Shown here: piece by piece, positions 57,784-64,000 of the stretch
Numbering within the stretch: position 1 is the stretch's first letter
Layout: each line of letters begins with the position of its first letter
Virus record (IMG/VR): IMGVR_UViG_3300027126_000006
DNA: 64,000 bases
Reading direction: 5' to 3' (one strand)
Origin: a virus
Made by a program: the position numbers and the translations under genes
Notes under the pieces: generated by a model
The model's input: the letters and a program-made list of their open reading frames with translations, nothing else
Told to the model about the DNA's origin: nothing
The model's database searches: none

Positions 57784-60336
57784 TTAGAATGTTAAGTAGG
57801 TTCTAACAGCCAAAGCTGATGTTGATGAAGGAGTGAATGTAGTTCTGTTTGTGACATATAGTAGATTACCGGAATATTTATCCAGAGTCGGAACGAAAGT
57901 TACAGCAGATACTGTGTATGTCTGAGACGGATTAGATTCACGAGATATCACGCTACCAGGAGGTGGCGTATATTCAATATTACCAAGCAATTGTAACTTT
58001 ATTGTAGTTCCTGATTTAGATATTACTCTAAACCGATGGGTATTGCACACGACAATTTCATCAACCAGAAAGTTATTTGGTGCACTTGTCATCACAACAT
58101 CATACGCCGCAATGATAGATTGAAAGGCAATCTTTTGAAATGTGTTGATGTCAGTTGGGTTTTCAATTAATCCAAATTGCCTATAATCTTGTGTGAGTGC
58201 ATTAAGAGCAATATCATCATCTCTAATTAAGCTATATACTGCAACGGTATCAGCATATAGTTCCTTCATAGCATCAGCGCCATGTCCTCCAGGTGGCGGG
58301 AGTACGGCATAAGCTTTGACATTTATATTAGGCACCCCAAGTCTTAGAGAGTCAGTAAAAGTCAAATTTGCGTATGTATATCCACTTCCTTTGTTTGTTA
58401 CATCAATCCTTGTAATCTTACCATCAACGACTGTACATGTAGCGGTGGCCCCTACACCATCTCCAGTAATTGCTACTGTTGTACCATTACCAGTACTGTA
58501 GCCTGTACCACCATTGACAATATTAAACCCGGTAACTAAACCACTAATATTAACGATTGGAGTAATGTCTGCGTTAAATCCATCACCCGTCACAGTTACC
58601 GTAGTTCCGGATGTTCCGTATCCCGATCCACTATTCACTAAAGTAACACCTGTGATAACTCCGCCTGTAATGATTGGCGTTGCCAATGCACCTGTTCCTG
58701 TTCCATTGATGGTGAGAACAGTTTTAGCGTGATATCCCGTGCCACCTGCTGCAATTATTCCCGTTCCATTGTTAACTAGGTCAATTGTAGCTCCGCCGGC
58801 AGTTAGTGACAATTCGAATGTATTTGCAGTAGCAGATTTGATGTAATATACTGTATTTGCAGTAATCCCAGTGGTAGTTGTTATTGAGCTAAACCTGATT
58901 GGGGAATCGTTAACAAATCCATGCGATTCGAGTGTCACTAGGTTTGTTGTTCCGTTAAAAGTAACATTTCCGCCTGGAGCAACTTTGATTGTGTATATCT
59001 CCCCTGGAATGGCCGTTTGTTCTACATCAGATTGATTAGATGCATAGTCCGCTCCACTAATCACAGCTGAACAGAATGCAGGAGTAGTACTTACTCCAGT
59101 AACCACTAAATTAATATATGAGTAGTCTTGACCGGTAGTACTAACAACAACGTCCACCAACTGGCCGTTATAGATTACAGGAGTGAAGGCAGCACCTTGA
59201 CCATCACCAGTTGAGACTATAGCAGCTCCTGATGAATTTGTTGGATATCCAATACCTGGATCTTCAATATAGATATAGTCGATACGACCATCCTTTATCT
59301 TAGCCCACACTTTTGCTGAGATATTACCTGGGTATTTGGCAGTTCCACCAGCAAGAGATGTTACAGATAGTGTCGGTGCTACGGTCCACCCTGTTCCTGC
59401 ATCAATTACCTTAATTTGTTGTATAGTGCCTGCGCTATCAACCCCAGGGATTAGTATTGGGTTAGCCCCAGCTTTAGCAGTACCTGTACCATCAGTGATT
59501 AAGTTTATAGCAGACCCAGTTGGTGTAGCAGCTAATTGAAAGTAATTGGGAGTTGAGTTGATGACGTAGTACCGCGTGTTGATCGATATACCAGTAGTTG
59601 ACGTGATTGCGGAAAATTCTACTTGCATCCCATTAGAGTATCCATGGGATGTCCAATTCACTCTATTAGTCGAGTCTGTGAATGTGACAGAACCTCCAGG
59701 TAGTTTAGTACCGCCTGAAATATCTATTGATGTCTGTATAGTTCCAGAATATCCTGAACCACTATCTGTAACGATAACTTCTTCAATTGCTCCCCTAGTA
59801 TAGAAGGAGTCAGAAAGAGACTTTTGAACTGGCATCTTACCGCGCGACAAGAACTTCTGCCGCTTAAATGATGGTATGTTATACATATACTTCCACACAT
59901 ACCCATCAGTCAAGTATAGTAAAAAGTTAGTATTTCCTACACCAGTTGGCTTGATGGTGGAAGGAGCTCCATTATTGTTATACAGGCATTTGTATACGTT
60001 ATACTCATCTTCTTCACCATCTGTCACACAATAGAAATTTACACCTTTCATTACCGCTGTGTGATCCCACTCCGCAAACACCGTACCAGATCCCCACGAA
60101 TGGCTTTGCGTCACTGCTGAAATTTCTGATGGTATTACTTTTCTGAGGAATAACATACCATCACGCACATCATTATCATTAATCAAAGCATCATTAGCTT
60201 CCTCTGGAATAGTGTCTGATACACTCCAGGGTTGTGTTCTACCGAGAAAGTAGTAGTAATTTGATCGCTGACGATAGATGTCATTCAACAGTCTAGTGCA
60301 TAGACTCGTTTTAAATTCCGGACGAATGTTTGCCAT
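57784..60336 (-). CDS. gp8: Baseplate wedge subunit (gp8-like, enlarged)
   Basis: YYFLGR..PW, VYKCLYNN, DGYVWKYMY, GGHG.D..KEL, YRQFGLI.NP, DKYSGNLLY. Confidence 0.88.
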   Translation of the reverse strand: MANIRPEFKTSLCTRLLNDIYRQRSNYYYFLGRTQPWSVSDTIPEEANDALINDNDVRDGMLFLRKVIPSEISAVTQSHSWGSGTVFAEWDHTAVMKGVNFYCVTDGEEDEYNVYKCLYNNNGAPSTIKPTGVGNTNFLLYLTDGYVWKYMYNIPSFKRQKFLSRGKMPVQKSLSDSFYTRGAIEEVIVTDSGSGYSGTIQTSIDISGGTKLPGGSVTFTDSTNRVNWTSHGYSNGMQVEFSAITSTTGISINTRYYVINSTPNYFQLAATPTGSAINLITDGTGTAKAGANPILIPGVDSAGTIQQIKVIDAGTGWTVAPTLSVTSLAGGTAKYPGNISAKVWAKIKDGRIDYIYIEDPGIGYPTNSSGAAIVSTGDGQGAAFTPVIYNGQLVDVVVSTTGQDYSYINLVVTGVSTTPAFCSAVISGADYASNQSDVEQTAIPGEIYTIKVAPGGNVTFNGTTNLVTLESHGFVNDSPIRFSSITTTTGITANTVYYIKSATANTFELSLTAGGATIDLVNNGTGIIAAGGTGYHAKTVLTINGTGTGALATPIITGGVITGVTLVNSGSGYGTSGTTVTVTGDGFNADITPIVNISGLVTGFNIVNGGTGYSTGNGTTVAITGDGVGATATCTVVDGKITRIDVTNKGSGYTYANLTFTDSLRLGVPNINVKAYAVLPPPGGHGADAMKELYADTVAVYSLIRDDDIALNALTQDYRQFGLIENPTDINTFQKIAFQSIIAAYDVVMTSAPNNFLVDEIVVCNTHRFRVISKSGTTIKLQLLGNIEYTPPPGSVISRESNPSQTYTVSAVTFVPTLDKYSGNLLYVTNRTTFTPSSTSALAVRTYLTF

Positions 60337-60345
60337 ATTCTGCTA

Positions 60346-60828
60346 TCAGTTGATTGTCACGTTCCAGTTAATCGTAAGAGTGTCGGCAGCTTCCTTGGCC
60401 ACTGCACCAAATACTGTTCTACATAACATCGTACCACTGTTGATAGCACTGCTATTGAAGAGGCCGGCCTCTCTAAGAGCAGCATTGGTACCCTCACCAG
60501 GAGCAAAGATTGCTTGGAATGAAGCTACGTTATTTGAACTTGATGTAGTGCTGAAAGCTTTACGTGTGCTGGCCACTGAACCGGAGGTAATTTCTGCTTC
60601 AAGTCCAGTATTAGCGGCTGCCGGTGCTGTGCTACCAGTGCCTAGACCCATATGAGACATCGCATTATTAATAGTTGTTCCTTTAGCCAAATAGTTGGCC
60701 ATCACATTTTTACCTGCTGTTACAATCAGGTTTGGAATATAGATATGTTGTTTAACATTCTGAGAAGGCCCTAGAAGGATGATTTCTAGCTCACCCTTCA
60801 TTGTGAATAGTTCGTTAATGTTGGACAT
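60346..60828 (-). CDS. Hypothetical structural protein
   Basis: NLIVTAGK, MGLGTG, REAGLF, MLCRTVF, L.I.W motifs. Confidence 0.7.
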   Translation of the reverse strand: MSNINELFTMKGELEIILLGPSQNVKQHIYIPNLIVTAGKNVMANYLAKGTTINNAMSHMGLGTGSTAPAAANTGLEAEITSGSVASTRKAFSTTSSSNNVASFQAIFAPGEGTNAALREAGLFNSSAINSGTMLCRTVFGAVAKEAADTLTINWNVTIN

Positions 60829-60839
60829 TGGTATGCTCC

Positions 60840-63053
60840 TTATCCGAGGGTTAGAGTCTTAACTGCTACGTTATAGTACTCCGAGAAGTATGCTTCTGAG
60901 TCGTATATATCAACTGTTAGTGAGGATGTATCTGCAGAAACCATTGTTGCTGTTTCAAGTAACCCAGTAGGTTCTACTTGCTTAGTTAGGTCTTCGGTTG
61001 CTACTGCACTATCAGATATTGGTTTAACTACTGATATACTATTTATCGCGTCTGTTGGTGCTGATAATGTATCACTTGCAGGTTTATCTAATAATTTAGC
61101 TGCACTATCATTAGATGTGGCAGTATCAGATGCCGGCTTTGTAATCAATTTAGCTACATTGTTATCATCAGATGTAGCTGTATCATCAACAGGTTTAATT
61201 ATTAACCTACTTATTATTGAATCGGTTGGTTCTGCTAACGTCTCATCTCTAGGTTTATCGATGAGTTTTGCAACACTATCCTCTGGAGTAGAGGAGTCTG
61301 TTAACGGTTTTACTAACAGCTTACTAGTAATTTGTTCTGTTAGTGCAATAATTTCAGGAAGTGGTTTCTCAAGTATTTTGTTTGTTAACAAGTCTACTGG
61401 AACACTAAATTGATCAAAGAAGTTCAGTACTGTGTCTTTTGATACAGTACTTGCTGTTATATTAAACGCAAGACTATCTCTTATATCAAATGTAGTGTAT
61501 AATTTGGTACCGGCTGGGTGTAGTGATTGTAACACTCGTTTGAAACTCTTAGTGTTAACTTCACTAAACACATCATAGGAAAACTGCTGATAATATAGGT
61601 TGTCTTGTGTGTGAACCGTTTGATCCGATACAATGCTATTATTGGTTAACCAACTTCCAGGAAGATTGACGATTGTGTCGTATCCAATCTTGACGATTGC
61701 ATGAGCACCATAATAATCTTCTTCATTTAGTAAGTTGATTGCTGAGTCGCCTACAATGTCCACAAATGGCCCACTAGGACCTTCCGTCGCTAGGGTAAAG
61801 GTATTTGTTGTAGCGTTTTGAACGTAATAAAAAGACCTTGGCGTAGTGTCGGTAATTAAGTTTGTGTAAATGGTCGACGTTTTCAGTTCAACGATGTCGC
61901 CGTTTGCTAGACCATGGTTGGCTAACGTAATTGCATTTGTTACTGTATCAATAGTACCAGTCCCAACTACAAGTCCTGTACAGACATAAGGTACAGGAAC
62001 TAGTGCACTAGTGAAGTCTATTACAACACCACCTACAGTGTTTGTGAGTTTTATCTGTTTAGGAGAAAGTACTTCATGGACATAGTACGTTGTCCCTTCC
62101 ACTATTTGTGTAACAGAGTCTTTCGTTATCTTTTGGAATACTATAGGACTATTAACACTAAGCCCATGATTATAAGAAAACTCAATGTAGTTATTTGTTG
62201 TGTCAATGAACCCGCGATTGAACTCAGTCCCTGCAGCTCCGCCAATAAACAGTCCAGTGCCAGAAGTAATCGAATGATTATACCCATGCTTCGTAATTTC
62301 AGCATGTATAATCCCGCCTGTTGGTGTCGTCGATATTACTTTGGCCAGAGATGGTAGAACTGTTCCTGGTATTGTAAACACTTGACCCTTTTGCCACTTT
62401 TCTCCGGGATCAATAACATTGATTGATGCAGGTGATGGTATCAAAGAACCAATGTATATTACTGCGCCGTTACTATTCTTAATATTGACGAGTTGATTTA
62501 CATAGGTAGGTATGCCGTACAAAGTATTGAAGAACAGTCTTACTTCATCATTACCTATATCTGTATATCGTATACATCTAACGCGAAGGTCTTCTCCAGT
62601 TGATTCGCGTACATAAAAGTATTCAAACGTTGATGGAAATTCGCCGTATATCTTACTAACAGTGATGAAGCTCTCTCTTTGCCACTTAGAGTTAGATGCT
62701 TTAAATACCTGATCGTAAGGATACTTTACCGAGGCCAAATCATCTTGATATACAATGCGAAGGAGATTTGTTAGAGCAGCTTCGGACCCTTTAGCACTGT
62801 AAATCTCTTTGATATTTTTAATGTACTTGAGATCAGGTGCGTCATTGAACAAACCATATACGTCTAAGCGATTCCTGAAGTACTGAACAAACTGTTCAGG
62901 CGTTTTATCGATGTCGTTAATTGTTTCGAGGTGGTCGCCGTGGTTCTCTGACAACCACTTATAGTATTGCTTTACGAATTCGACGAAAGCAGGATACTGT
63001 TCCCTGACAAATTCAGGGAACTGATTCTTAACGACAAGTGGTAGAATATCCAT
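60840..63053 (-). CDS. Baseplate wedge subunit (gp7-like)
   Basis: QFPEFVREQYP.FVEF.K.YY.WL, IKNIKEIYSAKGS, QDN.YYQQFSY, LHPAG. Confidence 0.8.
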   Translation of the reverse strand: MDILPLVVKNQFPEFVREQYPAFVEFVKQYYKWLSENHGDHLETINDIDKTPEQFVQYFRNRLDVYGLFNDAPDLKYIKNIKEIYSAKGSEAALTNLLRIVYQDDLASVKYPYDQVFKASNSKWQRESFITVSKIYGEFPSTFEYFYVRESTGEDLRVRCIRYTDIGNDEVRLFFNTLYGIPTYVNQLVNIKNSNGAVIYIGSLIPSPASINVIDPGEKWQKGQVFTIPGTVLPSLAKVISTTPTGGIIHAEITKHGYNHSITSGTGLFIGGAAGTEFNRGFIDTTNNYIEFSYNHGLSVNSPIVFQKITKDSVTQIVEGTTYYVHEVLSPKQIKLTNTVGGVVIDFTSALVPVPYVCTGLVVGTGTIDTVTNAITLANHGLANGDIVELKTSTIYTNLITDTTPRSFYYVQNATTNTFTLATEGPSGPFVDIVGDSAINLLNEEDYYGAHAIVKIGYDTIVNLPGSWLTNNSIVSDQTVHTQDNLYYQQFSYDVFSEVNTKSFKRVLQSLHPAGTKLYTTFDIRDSLAFNITASTVSKDTVLNFFDQFSVPVDLLTNKILEKPLPEIIALTEQITSKLLVKPLTDSSTPEDSVAKLIDKPRDETLAEPTDSIISRLIIKPVDDTATSDDNNVAKLITKPASDTATSNDSAAKLLDKPASDTLSAPTDAINSISVVKPISDSAVATEDLTKQVEPTGLLETATMVSADTSSLTVDIYDSEAYFSEYYNVAVKTLTLG

Positions 63054-64000
63054 TAGCTTCTACTGGAGGTAAACTTGTATGGGTCTGTTGGTAGATCAAC
63101 AATAGCCGAAACTGTTAGTAAGGCCTCATCAATATATGCAAACTGATGCTGGGTTGAAGCCACATCATTCGATTGAGGTTTGATAGTAAATGAGAAATTC
63201 TCATCATCATGACTAATAATATTTAGTCCAGTTATATACATAGTGCCACTACCATAGTCAACTGTACCAACATTCTTTACAGCTATCTTTTCGCCTGTGT
63301 TGTTATAGTAAAACAATCGAAGGGTTCCTTTGAGAGTGTCGACAGGAACATCTTCAATATAACACGTCTCTGTTGTGTCGGCAGCAGTAAATGCTCCTGA
63401 CAAGATAGATTCTTCTGCTACCCCTGAGGAGTATATTGGATTTCCTAATGGGATTGTATATGATGATTCAATCCCATATATTGGTACAATCTCTTTATGT
63501 AGTTTGACGGTTGTAATGTTACCAGTGATTGATCTATCTGTACCATCTATGATACTGTTTAACTTTGAAAACTTAAGAACTGAATTGAAGTCATTCAGAA
63601 CAGTATTGTTGTAGTTGACAATGTTTAGACGAGTGAGAGATTCGATATCCCCTGCCGTCTTTGTTGTATATTGAGGATTATAATATACGGAGGTGTGGAG
63701 TTCAATTTTTAGATACTCCGGGTCAACAATTTCTGCTGATATAGAGAGAACTTTCCTTGGTCCAACTATACTTTCAATTATGTATTTTTTCTCATCTACT
63801 GTCAACTGATCATTTGTCTCCGGAACAACGGAAATGAACACCTTACCGTACTGAGGTGGACTCATAGTCTCCCCACCCCATACATTGACAGACTTAGAGT
63901 TAGAGAAGTTGTTCTTAATTATTGTCTTATAGTCATCAATAGTAACGCATCTATTCTGAGACGCAAACGCTCTTGGTGCTGCCCATCTAATTGATTCTAT
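63053..64000 (-). CDS. gp6: Baseplate wedge subunit gp6, 3' part (5' end outside the window)
   Basis: Frame open to the window edge: ESIRWAAPRAFASQNRCVT..DY...VWGGE...PQYGKVFIS. Confidence 0.93.
   Translation of the reverse strand: MESIRWAAPRAFASQNRCVTIDDYKTIIKNNFSNSKSVNVWGGETMSPPQYGKVFISVVPETNDQLTVDEKKYIIESIVGPRKVLSISAEIVDPEYLKIELHTSVYYNPQYTTKTAGDIESLTRLNIVNYNNTVLNDFNSVLKFSKLNSIIDGTDRSITGNITTVKLHKEIVPIYGIESSYTIPLGNPIYSSGVAEESILSGAFTAADTTETCYIEDVPVDTLKGTLRLFYYNNTGEKIAVKNVGTVDYGSGTMYITGLNIISHDDENFSFTIKPQSNDVASTQHQFAYIDEALLTVSAIVDLPTDPYKFTSSRS

Noticed and set aside
1-64000. Ready occurrence of restriction palindromes (CTCGAG 2886, GGATCC 3080, GAATTC 5620) as support for DNA modification
   Set aside because: Anecdotal without observed/expected counts, which I cannot compute

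Overview
A 64-kb segment of a T4-like myovirus genome, almost all coded on the minus strand. In window order: (i) the start of clamp loader gp44, sliding clamp gp45, a dUTPase-fold enzyme and a dNMP kinase; (ii) a 7-deazaguanine DNA-modification cluster (TGT/DpdA-like protein, a QueD paralogue with the DpdL-type LxxxHRHxF motif, FolE, a Gpt-like phosphoribosyltransferase, QueD, QueE; no QueC in the window), with an apparent two-stem pseudoknot/switch RNA just before the folE ribosome-binding site; (iii) an early block under near-consensus sigma70 promoters (MoxR/CobS ATPase, vWA metallopeptidase, GIY-YIG nuclease, DUF6011-like protein) and DenV; (iv) gp46, gp47, gp55, UvsW, UvsY, gp3; (v) the head/tail module gp23 to gp13, with no gp16 at its usual place; (vi) an accessory virion region with lectin-like proteins and GYTGSQ collagen-like fibres, next to an oppositely oriented five-domain glycosyltransferase/methyltransferase and an ATP-grasp-like gene; (vii) a PAS-only protein, a small membrane protein, and a tail fibre/beta-propeller adhesin pair; (viii) baseplate genes (split DUF4815/VrlC, gp8, gp7-like, partial gp6). 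No tRNA, rRNA or CRISPR array was seen. All calls come from reading motifs by eye; no searches were run.
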